Shown piece by piece: positions 39,641 to 53,709 of a DNA stretch of 64,000 nucleotides. Position 1 is the stretch's first letter. Each line of letters begins with the position of its first letter. A model generated the notes under the pieces. That model searched no databases. It saw only the letters and a program-made list of their open reading frames with translations, and was not told where the DNA came from. This DNA comes from Eledone cirrhosa (Eukaryota). The position numbers and the translations under genes were made by a program. The stretch is from contig OZ024742.1 in the NCBI GenBank assembly GCA_964016885.1, positions 210,676,001 through 210,740,000 of the forward strand, written 5' to 3'.

Positions 39641-39922
39641 ACGCCAACAACTGATTGCACCGGTTTCGAGAAATTGATTGATTGATACAAGGGAAATAAC
39701 TCAAATTATTTTCCTAACAAAATTTACGATAAATTCCCTTGTTAAGAACATACAACCATTTCCCATCATCATATTTTTGTTTCCGTTGTGTTCTATCAAA
39801 TGAACGTCTTATTAGTTAAATCAACGTGTAAATGGCTGAGTATTCCATGAAAGATTTCACAGCTCTAACATCGTTTCTTCATAATCAGCCTATGAACTTT
39901 TCAGCCGACCTTCTGGTTTCTA

Positions 39923-40097
39923 GGGCGGTGGATTGGCAATATCCAATATCGGTAGAGCGTCAGACACCTTGCTTTGAAGCATGGAGTTATGACCCTTTAC
40001 TTTCTGAGTTCAAATCCCGCCTTATGGGGTCGATAAAATAAAGTACCAGTAATACATTGGGTAATTGTTGGCATGGTGCCAAAAGTAGAAACAATTA
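39923..40097 (+). mobile_element. tRNA-derived SINE with internal deletion
   Basis: Family match. Confidence 0.8.
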
Positions 40098-40109
40098 ATT
40101 TATAAATGT

Positions 40110-41038
40110 TTACCAATAGAGAGCCGGTTTCTAACATAGACACAAAACTCTTTCATTAGAATTTAAACAATAGCAATTAGGTAGATATGTCTGTCTGCAG
40201 GCGTGCGCGCGCATGTGTGATATGCAAGTATGGATGTTATTGTATGTGTGGATCTGTATTTTTTTAGTTATATGTGTGCATGTGCATATGCTTTGTATCT
40301 ATACAGGGTACATGCAGTTATTAGATGAAGAATTTTTGAAATGCTTTACGTATTTTTACTGTTCCATTAATGGATTGTATTTGTAACTTCCCAACTAGTC
40401 GTATTCTTTCTGACTTTGTGAAGCTCAGCTTCTCAATATTTCTACTGAGGCAATTACTAACATATCCCGGAACCCCAATAATGTCTGTATGTTTGTATGT
40501 GTTCATGTATGTATATATGTTTTCATGTATATGTTCTTCTGGTTTTATAATTTCCCAATTTTTTTCCCAATAGAGAGAGAGTCGGTTTCTAACATAGACA
40601 CAAGACTCTCTCATTGGAATTTACACAACATCAACTAGGTAGATTATGTATGCATGCATGTGTAGATATGGATGTTATTGTATGTGTGAATGTTTTGAGT
40701 TGTATGTGTGCATGTGTATATGCTTTGTATCTGTACATGTGTATATGCAGTTATTAGATGCAACATTTTTGGAATGTTTTACATATTTTTACTGTTCCAT
40801 TAATGGATTGTACTTGTAATTTCCTAACTAGTTGTGTTCTTTCTGTTCCTGTGAAGCCTAGCTTCTCAAGATTTGTATTGAGGCAGTTACTAAAATACGC
40901 CAGTGTCCCAATAATCACAGGCATAAATCTGAAGGTGTAATCAGGGTGGAGTATCTGTAGATTTCTCATCAGTTCTGCATAAATATTCTCCTTTTCGCTA
41001 ATCTTTGATATTATATTGGCATCTGCTGGGCAGCTAAT
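40110..41038 (-). mobile_element. Two tandem 5'-truncated R4/Dong-like (RLE-type) LINE 3' ends
   Basis: SCPADANI..KISEKENIYAEL....Y.F..PVIIG.L...KLQVQSINGTVKI; the C-terminus and 3' UTR are duplicated (40110-40480 and 40533-41038). Confidence 0.7.
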
Positions 41039-41119
41039 GTATGTATGTATGTATGTATGTATGTATGTATGTATGTATGTATGTATGTATGTATGTATGT
41101 ATGTATGTATGTATGTATG

Positions 41120-41508
41120 TTTGTCAAGGCAGAATTCTAGGAGAAGGAAAACTCTGATATAACACCTGCAACCCTGATGGTATCCAATGATGTTGACTTG
41201 TTCTTCTTTTTGGTAAATATCATCTTGGTTAAGAGAGTGGGACTGGCTTTGTGCAGTGCCTTTGCTCACTATAAAAGCTTCACGGCACAGGCATTGCTTT
41301 ATATCTGGAGATCTCTCTGCACTTGTCATTACATGGTACCATGGGTCCAGCACTATGTGTCAATAATTGTCACAAGTGTAGTGTTTGTACCAGAGTTTTC
41401 AAGTCACTGGCTGGACTAAAAAGTCACTCTTGTTCAGCGCATCGGTAGGGGTTCTCCTACATGGATATAAAGTAGTGGTCGTACTCGAAAACGAGTTGGC
41501 AGCCACCA
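41120..41508 (+). mobile_element. Second copy of the ~410 bp element in (ATGT)n
   Basis: Reverse complement of 17480-17868. Confidence 0.8.
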
Positions 41509-41804
41509 TGTATGTATGTATGTATGTATGTATGTATGTATGTATGTATGTATGTATGTATGTATGTATGTATGTATGTATGTATGTATGTATCTCTTGA
41601 TTTCGAGTTTATATTTGACTTGCCACCTTCCATACCGTAATATAAAGAAAAGAAAAATTCCGTTATCGCTTGTGCAATCATTTATGCTCCTGGAGAAACA
41701 ATGCTAAATGTTTGTACCTTTTATGTTTTTACATGAGAATTAATACTTTGAGTGGGACTATTCTCTGTGGAATTTGAAATTGCACTTTGTTTGAATGTTT
41801 TCAC

Positions 41805-41915
41805 TGGCGGCTCGCCTAACCGAGGTAACTGGTGATGCCCGTGAAGGCGCTTGGCTGTTCCAGCGCATCAGCCTCGCCACCACCCAAGGTAACGCTGCGA
41901 GTGTGCTGGCTTGCC
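41805..41915 (+). mobile_element. CRE-like LINE 3' fragment
   Basis: WLFQRISLATTQGNAASVL. Confidence 0.6.
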
Positions 41916-42485
41916 TCAAAAATTATTAGAGAGGTTTTCAAGTACTGCTCGCGATATCGTTATTTTTTGGTCTGGCAGTGGTTCGTTTGTCCACCCCTTT
42001 CGCCTGCCTTTTGTTGTAGGTGGTCCTAGATGTGTGTATTACCTGCTTGTGTGTTGTTTTTTAAATTTTTTTCTTTCCTTTTTTTCTTTTTTCTCTTTTT
42101 ATTTGTAACATGATGGTTATGCTGACAAATAAAGTTATTGCTTTTACATGATTAATTATATGTATTTTTTACATTGTTAGAAGATGACACATATTTGATT
42201 GGTACTCACTTTATCCAGCCCCAAAGGTTGAATAATAAAGCTGTTTGAATCCAAAATGTAAAAAAGTAGCTAACTAAATATTACAACTCATTTTGTTTAT
42301 TTCCTTACTGATTCAGATATTTAAAATCACCGAATGTAAAGAAATGTAGAAATGTTAAGTTGTGATATTAAGCATGAATAGATGTTCTTAGTCTTGAAAA
42401 AATCCTATTTTGAATTTGTTGGTCCAGATAAGAACTTTGACAGGTTGCCATGATATATCTGTGGAAAACTCCTAAGTACTTAGAT

Positions 42486-42653
42486 AACTGTTTCTACTTT
42501 TGGCACAAGGCCAGCAATTAACCAGTACATTACTGGTACTTTATTTTATCGACCCCGTAAGGATGAAAGGCAAAGTTAACCTCGGCGGGATTTGAACTCA
42601 GACCGTAAGGGGACGTAACTATGCTGGAAAGCATGGCGTCCGACTCTCTACCG
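42486..42653 (-). mobile_element. tRNA-derived SINE; partial copies also at 19172-19266, 43678-43769 and 16536-16653
   Basis: Family match. Confidence 0.85.
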
Positions 42654-42764
42654 CAATAGATCAATGACTACCTCCTTACGGACAACTGACGCTGCACACC
42701 AGATCCGAACACAGAAGAGCCGAACTACCACTGTCATCGCCTCCATCTCTCTCTTTTATGAGCA

Positions 42765-42990
42765 AATGGCGCCCCACGTGCTGGTCGCCCCACAGCCCCG
42801 GCAGACAGAATGGATAAGGCGTTTCCCCGGAGGATAAGGGAGATGCGCTGGAAGAACCATTCCATCTTGAGGGGCTCACACCTGCGGCTAGCTAGCTCAG
42901 CGCCTATAGCGGTAAATAGGGAGGTAGCCCTAGGGCCAAGGACACCAGAAGTCTCCACTGCTAAGGATTCGACTGCAAACCTGTCAGAGA
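42765..42990 (-). mobile_element. CRE-like LINE 3' fragment (RLE C-terminus)
   Basis: LAVETSGVLG..A..LF..IG..L....EP....WFFQRISL..RGNALSIL. Confidence 0.7.
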
Positions 42991-43084
42991 AACACAAGGG
43001 AAACAACTCTTGCTGGAAACGAAAACTAGATTTACATCACTATATATGAATCATTTCTCGTTGTCTAGCGACAAGCATCGCTAG

Positions 43085-43230
43085 ACAATTAAGAAATTCA
43101 CTTCGCAACCATGCATTCTTGGGTTCTATCCGATTGCATGGCACAATGGGCAAATGTATTCTACAATAACCTCGGGTCGACTAGTACATTGTGAGGGAAT
43201 TTTTATATTTTTGATAAACCTAAACTGAAA
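43085..43230 (+). mobile_element. Degenerate CORE-type SINE; related heads on the minus strand at 48290-48390 and 52030-52190
   Basis: GGGCAAATGTATTCTAC..CCTCGGG and GTGTCTTGCTCAAGG motifs with B-box-like sequence. Confidence 0.5.
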
Positions 43231-43994
43231 TGATGTGTAAAATAGACTCACCACACCATAAGACACTCTAAGGAAATGAATTTTTCTTTGTTTATTGAAC
43301 ACACTCTTTCTGTGGATGAGTTTATGCCATTGGCAAAATACACATCACAATTTGGAGTGCAGCCCTTGAATTAATTTCGGATTATTTTAGAAGCTTTCGA
43401 TCAAGTGACAGCAAGAGAGATTTCTCCCGGATCTATACTGTTTAAATTCAGAACTTTGCAAGTTATTCCCACCTTAAATTTCTTATAAAATTAATTCTTT
43501 TAAGTAATTGCATGTAATTTGGATACAAAGGTGTGTGTGTGTGTGTGTGTGTGCGGCGTGCATGTGTGTGTGTGTGTGTAAGTATTTTCACAAGGTTTTT
43601 ATCGTTTGGCCTAGCATTCATTTAACTTAAACCCCACCCCCAAATACACACATCACATTAAGCTATTTTCTTTGTAATTAATTGTTTCTACTTTTGGCAC
43701 AAGGCCATCAATTACCCAGTACATTACTGGTACTTTATTTTATCGACCCCGTAAGGATGAAAGGCAAGTAATTAATGTTTGATTATCTGTATATTGTTTG
43801 TTATACATACTAATGTTACGTTAATTTAATGTAGTGTAAATAAAAATAATTTCTTTATTTGTACAGTTTTCTTTGCTTTTATTTAATAGATTCTGTTCGT
43901 CTTTCTAATCTTCCTTTTGCATATTTCACCACAGATGCTCTTATATACCCAAACTTTGGCAGAAAAACAAAGGAATCGAACTACGCATTTGTTG

Positions 43995-44520
43995 TAGACT
44001 GGACAATCAGGCGTGGACACAATGCAGCGATGGATTACGGACTTGCAACTCAAGCTAGCTGTGGACAAAAAGGAAAAAAAACAGCGTTCACATACTCCCT
44101 CCACAACGCCAATTTCAAGAATTCTTCTTGTAAGCGTGACCTGGTCATTATTGTCAACAGCGATTTGCGTTGGACAAAGCACATATCTAAATTTGTCAAG
44201 TAGACCGAGGGTGTCTGTAAGACCTTTGTCAGCCGCTCTCCAGCTATCTATTTAAAGTTGTATATAGCTATGGTGCGTCCACACTTAAAATTTGCATCAC
44301 CTGTCTGGAACTCCTATCTTGCTCAGAATATTGATCTCCTGGAAACTGTTCAGAGATGTGCAGACAAGCGAATACCCTCCATCAGGCATTTACCGTACTC
44401 TGAACGCCTTGCTTCCCTGAACATAGATACACTGGAGGTCCGACGTCTGGCAACGTACCTGGTAAACACCCACAAAATTATTAACCATCTTTCCAACAAC
44501 CTTGAGCGTCTTTTTGAATT
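43995..44520 (+). pseudogene. CR1-group LINE RT C-terminal fragment
   Basis: RDL.IIV.SDL.W..HI and LYIAMVRPHLKFASPVW....LLETVQR...YSERL..L. Confidence 0.8.
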
Positions 44521-44524
44521 CCAT

Positions 44525-47500
44525 TGGAAGAGGAGTATTGGAAGAGAGTTCCGTGTAGTAGATATAGAGAGGGGGAGAGTTTGGTGTTAATTGATATAGA
44601 GAGGGGGAGAGTTAGGAAGTGATGGATAGAATGAGAGGGAGTGTTGTATGGTAGATATAGAGAGGGGGGTAGTTTGGTGGTAATTGATATAGTAAGGTGG
44701 GTTGGAAGAGTGCGTTATATATTAGATATAGAGGGGGAGAGAGATTGATGTTTATTGATATAGAGAGTTACGTGTAGTAGATATAGAGAGGGGGAGAGTT
44801 TGGTGATAATTGATATAGAAAGGGATGGTAGATATAGGGAGGGGGAGAATTTTGTGTTAATTGATATAGAGGGGTGTGTGTTGTATGGTGGATATAGAGA
44901 GGGGGGATGGGGAGAGAGTGTTGTATGGTAGATATAGAGAGGGGGATAGTTTGGTGGTAATCGATATAGTGAGGTTGGTTGGGAGAGTGTGTTGAGATAT
45001 AGAGAGGGAGAAAGATTGATGTTTATTGATATAGGTAGGGGGATTGGAAGAAAGTTCAGTGTAATAGATATAAAGAGGGGAAAAGTTTGGTATTGATTGA
45101 TATACAGAGTGGGACTGGGAGATTAACTGCCACAGTTAATCTTCTTCATACATTAAAAAACATTATACATGACAAATTGCAAATAAACACGAAATCGAAC
45201 CTCTCCAAACACGAATGGAAAGAATTATTCACACTTCGAGATAACACTGAAATAACCATCAAAGAAGCCCTTACTAAAACATATACAGAGCTACATACAG
45301 GATGACCTTGATATGCTGAACCACCTACTCAAAAGAGTAAGTGAAAACACTATTCTTGTCTCCTTTGACGTAGTAAACCTCTACATCAACATACCCCAAA
45401 ACTATGGAATAACAGCAATTCAGTACTGGCTAGACACTCACCAATCTGAAATACCAACATGCATCAACAAAAACTTCATTATTGATTGAATCTGATTTAT
45501 ATTACAGAATAATTTCTTTACTTTCAATGATTCAACATACCGACAAATCTTATGCAGTGCAATGGGCACAAAGGTAGCCCCCACATACGCCAACTTAGTC
45601 ATGGGATTCCACGAACAACCAATCCTTTCTATTATTCGGAGACTCTTTCCTTACACATCTCAAAAATAATTGGAAGAGATACCTAGACGATTGCTTTATA
45701 CTATGGCAGGAAGACATGAATACACTCACTCTTTTCAAAAATATGATAAACAACATTAACAATAACATACAATTCACAATGGAATCCAACTCCAAGGAAT
45801 TAGCCTTCTTGGATATCCTTATTTTAAAAAACAAATGGGAAAATAGAAACATACATCTTTTATGAACCCACGGACTCCAAACAGTACCTCCACTTCACAT
45901 CAAATCATCCAAAGCATACAAAACTAAACATTCCTTTTAATTTAGCCAAACGTATATGCACGGGAACAAAGACTAAATGAACTAAAAAACACACTTACCT
46001 TAAGAGCCTTCCCACTTGACAGAATTAATAATGGAATAGACAGAGCAAAACACACAAATTTTCATCAACCCAACAACCCAAAGCACAGAACCACATACAA
46101 TACCTTACCATATGTATCCATGTTCAATCCCAGAAACACCCAAATGTTTGACCTCCTACACAAAAATCTCCCCATTCTATTTAAAGATGAAAAAATTAAA
46201 AAAATCCTAGAAACACACAAGATGATTAAAAGTAAAAGGTAACCCAAATCACAAAAACACATTCTCACTGGAACTAATATACACAAACCTATCTCCAACC
46301 TTACGGTAACAAAATGCAGTAGAACAAACTGTGGCACATGCCTATACTTAATTGAAGGACATAAATTTACCTTGAAAGATAGCCAAACTTTCACAGTGAA
46401 AAACAACTTCACTTGCAACACGGAGAACCTGACCTACATAATCACACGCGGTGGCTGTTGACATAACTATATAGGACAGACGGGTGTGTCATTACGCAAA
46501 AGAATGACCATCCACTGCCATCAAATCCAAGACGTAAACACAAGAAAAATCCCCTTAAGTAGCCACATGGCAGATTGTGCAGGAATGACCCTACCCAACT
46601 TTAAAATCTGCCCCCTTTACAAGTGCCCCGATTCTTTCACTCAACAACAAAGAATAAACAAAGAAAAACTATTTATTAACAAAATTAAATATGTAATCAC
46701 TCCCATTAGATTCCCCCTCACCCACACACACACACGCACACACTCACACACCACAAAATAAGAGAAAAAAAATTCTCATACACATATTTCCCCAAAATTC
46801 CTGATTGAAAGCCACCACTGATGCTTTGCTCTGTTTTTTTAATTTTCCACCACAAAGAGGCCTGTGACAGACAGCCTGAAGCAACCCCCCCCCCCCACAC
46901 ACACACACTTGTGTATTTTTTATATATACACTCTCACATGTACACACTCTCTAAAACTATATTCCTAAAATAGAATTTCTTTTACAACCTTACTGTTGCC
47001 AATCCCATAGAATTTGGCTCTCGATTACAATTTCCCCCCACCCCCACCCCACCCCACTCATGACAACAGAAGAACCTTACAAGAAATCCCATATTTACAA
47101 ACATACACTATACAATTATTGATTTCCCAAGCCACACACAATTATTGCCACTCCTCCTATTATTTGTGACCCGAGAATACCACCACTGTCCTCCTCTCTG
47201 TGTCTATCTATACCTGCTACACAGCACTCTCCCAATATCCCTCTCTATATCTACTACACGGTACTCTCTTCCAGTCCCTCTCTCTATTTCAAGTAACACC
47301 AAACTTCCGCCCTCTCTATATCTACTACACGGAAATATCTTACAATACCCCTCTCTATATTAATTAACACCAAACTATTCCCCTCTGCATATCTTTCACA
47401 CAACACTCTCTCTCATTCCTTCTCCCTCTATCCATCACTACCAAACTCTCTCACTCTCTATATCAACTATGTAACACACTCTCCCAATCTCCCTCTATAT

Positions 47501-47950
47501 ATCAATCAACACCAAACTCTACCCCTCTCTATATCTACTACACGGAACTCTCTTCCAATCTCCCTCTCTATATCAATAAACATCAATCTGTCCTCCTCTC
47601 TATATCTAATATACAACACACTCTCCCAACCCTCCCTCAGTATATCAATTACCACCAAACTATACCCCTCTGTATATCTACCATACAACACTCCATCTCA
47701 CTCTATCCATCACTACCAAACTCTCCCCCTCTCTATTTCTTTATACCTATCACTATCAATCCTTTCGCTCTATTCATTACCACCAAACTCTCCCCTTCTC
47801 TACATCAACCATACAACACTCTCTCCCAAACCCCCTCTATATCAATTAACACCAAAGTCTCCCTCTCCCGAGATCTACTACATGCAACTCTCTATCAAAC
47901 TCTCCCCCTCTCTATATCAATAAACATCAATCTCTCTCCCTCTCTATATT
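44525..47950 (+). mobile_element. Decayed Penelope-like element (RT + Cys linker + GIY-YIG) with a repeat-rich 3' region and an inverted copy of it at the 5' end
   Basis: LVSFDVVNLY, AMGTKVAPTYANL, WKRYLDDCF, LAFLDI, KCSRTNCGTC and YII...C...YIGQTG within 45130-46720; GA-rich repeat at 44525-45120 is inverted relative to 47195-47950. Confidence 0.85.
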
Positions 47951-48479
47951 AACCATGGTTGTATGACAGGTGTACTGGGAGGTGACAGGGTGATGTGAGA
48001 GAGGGGTAGGGAAAGGGTAATCCAAAATAGTGGGTGTGTACAGTGAAAATGAGAACAGTTACTAAAGCTATGATTAGCATATTAGAACTTAAAAGGAGTG
48101 GGATTGATCATGGATAGAATATGGTTGTACAGTGATGGTGAGAATGCTTAGGAAGGAACAATGGAGAGGGAATGAATAGATCAAGTCACATTGACATTTT
48201 TTATACTGGTAGGTGAGTTTTCCCCAGTACTGGATGATGCCAATCCTTGCAGTCCTATGTCATCTCTATTGTGAGATTCAGCTTCCTAAGGTCTTGCTCA
48301 AGGACATAATGCATCGCCCAGTCCAAGAATCGAACTCACAACCTCACGATTGTAAATCCAATTCCCTAACAACTAAGCCATGCATCTTCCATAATAAAAA
48401 AGCAGGTGTAAAATTGATAATGATTACAATGACAACAGTAATGCAATGATGGCAACAATAATGAAATTGTGGTAGATAA

Positions 48480-49995
48480 CACCGTGTAACAAAAAAAAAA
48501 TTTTTCTCTGTTCCTGGCTTGTAATCACTTTTTTGTGTTGCTTAAGTCCCAAATAAATTTTTAAAAAAAGTGCTATTAAACATTTAAAAGTTGGGGTTTG
48601 TAAAAATTCTAAGCTATTCACTAGAATTATTTGTATGCTGGATTTTACGTTGTATGTAAGTTTAATTTGCTTATGTTAAATGATTGTTTTTATATATGTT
48701 TCAGGTTAAATTAAAATTATAAAATAAAGAGTAATACCTAAAAAAAATTATAAAAGTGCAATAAAGTATAAAATTGTTAAAAAGTGGATTAAAGAGATTT
48801 ATTGATACTGGATTTTCGCACCCTGAATAAAGGGTAAGTTGTGTTTTAAGCATTCGTCTCCAGGATGAAGCAGTAGAACTTGGTCAAAGAGGAAGTGCAG
48901 ATGACAAGTCAGAGAAGCCGACACAAACCTTTCTCAGGCTTTTACACTCTTAGGGATGGCCTCTGCTTCTGCCATGACGTGCCTGGACTGTTTGACGTTA
49001 TTGGGGTGCCGTTTATGCCCAAGGAGTGGCGGCTATTTATAGACAGCTCCTCCACAAGTTTGAAGGCTGTCCTCCTCCTCAATGGAAACAAGTTCCCGAC
49101 ACTGCCCCTAGCTCATTCAGTCTGCCTGAAGGAAGATTACTACAGTGTGAAAGTCCTCTTGGAAGCTCTGCAATACAACCAGTACAATTGGGAAATCATT
49201 GGAGACTTGAAGATGGTGGCTTTCCTGCTTGGACTCCAAGGAGGCTTTATCAAATTCCAATGCTTCCTCCGCCTTTGGGACAGCAGAGCCACCTCTGACC
49301 ACTACAAAAGAAAGAACTGGGAGCAGCGAACAGAATTTGTAGTTGGGACCAGGAACGTCATGTGGGAGCCACTGGTTGATCCCAGGATTGTGCTCATACC
49401 ATCACTGCACATTAAGTTGGGGTTGATGAAGCAGTTTGTGAAGACTCTCAACCAAGAATCAGCCGCTTTTAAGTACTTCTTGAGTTCTTCCCCAAGTTAT
49501 TTGAGGCCAAAATCAAAGGTGGAATTTTTGTTGGACCTCAGATAAAGAAGATGTTTGAGTCTACCGAGTTCTCCAATAAGCTCAATAGGATTGAGAGAAC
49601 AGCATGGAACTGTTTCAAGGCAGTTGTTAAGGGCTTCCTGGGCAACTACAGAGCTGAAAACTACCAGCAACTGGTGCAGGATCTGATAAAGGTTTTTGGC
49701 GCCATGGGATGCAGGATGTCGTTTAAACTCCATATGCTGGACGCTCACCTGGAAAAATTCAAGGACAAGGCGAACTTGGGTAATAAAATAAATATATACT
49801 CTGTTGATTTAATTATATGAACTGATAAATTTTTTTAAATGTGTTTTTTCTTGAAAAATATGAAAATTTTGAAATATCAAACTCCTGACCACAAACCCAA
49901 ACTTCTGATTAAATAATGTTTTTTTATAATAATGGGATATAACAAACCATGAAATGACACTTAGAACCGGGGGACAAAAAATATGTTACACAGTG
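48480..49995 (+). mobile_element. Chapaev3-like (CMC superfamily) DNA transposon, internally deleted
   Basis: Termini CACCGTGTAACA...TGTTACACAGTG, TAA TSD, and WRLFIDSS, GDLKMV, LHIKLGLMKQF, KLHMLDAH. Confidence 0.8.
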
Positions 49996-51834
49996 TAATA
50001 GAATGGATATACACCTTCTCCAGTGGCAACCTGGTGTGTTTGCCCAGGCTTCACTGCTTGCAGAAGAGGGCATGTTTCAAAGTACCGGCTACTCTCTTAT
50101 AGCTTTTAGGTCGAGCCTGTTATAGTGGAGACTTCTAGTGTTCTTGGCCCCCTTACCATATCCCTACCTACTGCTATATGAGCGGAGTTGACTACCCGCA
50201 AGTGCAAGCCCCATGAGGTGGAGTGGCTGTTCTAGCAGATTTCTCTTGCTATCCTCCGAGGCAATATCTTTTCCATCCTGTTTACTGGGGCCACAAGGAG
50301 GATTAACACTTAACTTGCATCGATAGTCACACCTATGTTGCTTTTCACTGAATATATAGAAGAAACTTGTTAGATAACTAATCCATTCCTTGGTTATTTT
50401 ATTAATTTGATGGTCATTTAATTGTTTTGTTTTTTTTACTACAGTAAAACTTAGCACAATCTAGTGGAAAATAGGTTGTTTTTTTGGCTTGCAATAAAAG
50501 ATTAGCTCTTTACCTTGTATTATATTCTTACCAGTGAACAACAGACCTACTTCTAATGGGTGATATCAAGTGGAAAAATGGACCCACTAAAACAATAGAA
50601 AATATCTATGCTCCAATGAGAAAATCCCGTCATTGCCAGTCAAAATGCTAGAAATAGTAGCCAAATCTCCCTGTACTGTCTTGAAATGGTATACATTGAA
50701 TAATGCATTCTGAGATACACCTAAAAGGACAGGATGGTTCAAACTGAAACACCTCTGGTCATAAGTCTGTTCACCATGCAATATATATATAGCACACACA
50801 CAGTCTGAGGATATCAACAAGGGACAGACCAGAGCCCATAGTCGAAGTAGGTAAATATGTTGTGATTTGGGAGTCGATATAATGGAGTTGTAGCTTTGAA
50901 AATCATGTCTTTGTTTTGAGTTGGGAAGATGCTCTTTTGCTTTGTATGGTGTCATTAGCTGTTCAAACTAAAATAGTTTGTAGTCACAAACAGAAATTCT
51001 ACCCACAGTGGTGCAGTTTTGGCTGTTATAAAACATGGTTTCCATGAGAGATGGTCAAAGTTTGTGAAACTTAAGATGTAACCAATATCAAACAATCACA
51101 CAAACTGATTTCTCTGTTTTAAAGTTCACACTTGACAAAAGAATGTATGGCCTACTTTTTAAACTTCCTATACAAGTATATTAAAAGTGATAGGTTTACT
51201 TTTATACATTAGTCATCATGACCATCATTGTCATGAGTTTACATCGGTAAAGTGAGTAATTCAATATTTTGTGAGTAAAGTTGATCTAGTCTTTGAAATA
51301 TCTATATATATAAAACTGCTGTTGTCTGTGTGTGTCCCTCATTTTTGCAAAGTTTATACAAATCCACATTTCCACATAAAAATATATGTATATATACACA
51401 CACACACACATATATATATATATACATACATACACACACACACACACATATATATATACAATGTTATTAAATAAGTGGAAACTATATTTATAAAACCATA
51501 TTTATTTTATTATATATATTTCAAGGGTACCAGATAAAATACAAAGATTGTTTTATAAATAGAGTCATACCCAGGAAAATCATACCTTATCAGTTGGATA
51601 TTCTCTGGATAGTGGAAATGTATTATTGATTTTTCGAACTTATGGGTGAATATGCAAATGAATATGTAAATAATTGAGAAACAACCGTTTATTTAAACGA
51701 CTAAGGAGAGTTTATATAATATATGATAGCGAGCGGGAGAATAGAGAAGAGAAGAAGGACAAAATAGTGAGAGAGAGAGATATATATGCATACATACACA
51801 CATATATATCATTTCATTTCATTTTCATTTCATT

Positions 51835-52030
51835 TTAAGTCCGCTTTTCCCTGCTTGCAAGAGTGGGACGGGAACTGATTCTAGCTTGATTTCTACAGCT
51901 GGATGCCCTTCCTAACACCAACATCATTTACAGTGAGTGCTGGTTGCTTTTTTTCTGTGGCGCCTACATGTCCACTTTATAGTGTGGGCTGGGTGCTTTT
52001 TTGCCGTGGTACCTCCACGACCACTTTGCA
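51835..52030 (-). mobile_element. RTE-related non-autonomous element
   Basis: Minus-strand GGTGTTAGGAAGGGCATCCA matches the RTE 5' UTR at ~62351-62372; (TGAAA)n tail. Confidence 0.55.
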
Positions 52031-52375
52031 GTGGAATGATAGGGACCCCAGACAGCTGAGTGGACTGGAGCAATGTGAAATAAAGTAGTGTCTTGCTCAA
52101 GGAAACAACATATCACCTGGCCTGAGAATTGAACTCACAACCTTTTGATTGCAACGCCAATGCTCTAACCACTAAGCCATATGCTTCTGACCCAAATTTT
52201 CTTGGTCGTATTTTCGGCTGTGCAAATGATTGTTTAAGCATCGTCTCAGTGTGTTGGTATTAAACGTTAGTTATAGCTCTGGTTTATCCAAACTATTGAG
52301 CACTTTGCCACACATTTCGAAGATTGTGTTTCGTTATTTCGTGGGCCGAGGTTCCGATTCTCGATAATTTATATG

Positions 52376-52433
<58 letters not shown>

Positions 52434-52436
<3 letters not shown>

Positions 52437-53485
52437 GATATTAATAAATGGAAACTATATTTATAAAACCATATTTATTTCATTATACATATTTCAGGGA
52501 TACCAAATTAAATTATGGTATGTCTTCATCAGACAAAATACAATATATAACAGTTTTACAAATAAGCTTTGACGTACCCTTTTAAAATGCGACCATTATT
52601 TTTGGAGGCTATCTGGGTAGTGAATTGTTTATATTATTTTAATAAGTCTTAGTGTTAAGGACAATTAGAAAAAGACGGAGAGAAAGAAAAAAGATGGAGA
52701 GAGAGAAAAAAAGAAGAAAAAGAAAAAAATGTGGAGAAATATCGGAGAGAGAGAAATGCGTGGAGAAAAAAGGAAGAGATAAATAAAGACAGGAGGAAAG
52801 AAAGAAAAAAGAAAAAAGGAAGAAATAAGAAAAACAGAGGAAAGCAACAGAGAGATATCAAATCATCAGACAGATAGAAAGACTCAAGAGAGAGAAATAA
52901 TATATAGAGAGAGAGGGAGATAATGAAAACTTTACGTCATGTCATATTAAGTTGAGTTAACAATTTATATGAAATGAATAATAAAAATATAAATATTAAT
53001 ATTCATGAATGGGACATAAATATATAATATGAGAAATTAAACATTGTTTAATAATGATTATATGTTTAGTTTAAAAATTGAGATCAATATACTAAAATTT
53101 GAATTTAAGCATCCAAAATGTACACATTGCTAGAGAAACCACTATATTACGGCAAAGATACACAAATATATATATATATATATATACGCACATCCTGAAA
53201 ATAGAAATTATATCTACTCAAGCCTACAATATAGACATACAAAACACAAATGATTTCTCTTAATCACTGCTATACATTCCTTGTGTTATAAAAAGTTCAC
53301 AGTATATATACATAAAAATAATGGTCGCATTTTAAAAGGGTACGTCAAAGCTTATTTGTAAAACTGTTATATATTGTATTTTGTTTGATGAAGGCATACC
53401 ATAATTTAATTTGGTATCCCTGAAATCTGTATAATGAAATAAATATGGTTTTATAAATATAGTTTCCATTTATTAATATCGTATA
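52434..53485 (-). mobile_element. Family C element with HHR (52476-52540) and inverted terminal copy (53315-53485, HHR 53377-53441)
   Basis: Match to 5211-6110; 52434-52603 is inverted at 53315-53485. Confidence 0.8.
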
Positions 53486-53584
53486 TCTACTCCAAATACT
53501 TGTCGAGTGCTTTATATCAGTTATAAAAATATTTACTTGTATCCCAACAATTTAAATAGAACTTTTGCATATATTGATATATAC

Positions 53585-53697
<113 letters not shown>

Positions 53698-53709
53698 TAT
53701 ATATATATA

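Noticed and set aside
40754-41353. 199 aa ORF as a single gene
   Set aside because: A chance fusion of the ~410 bp element, the (CATA)n tract and an R4/Dong fragment.
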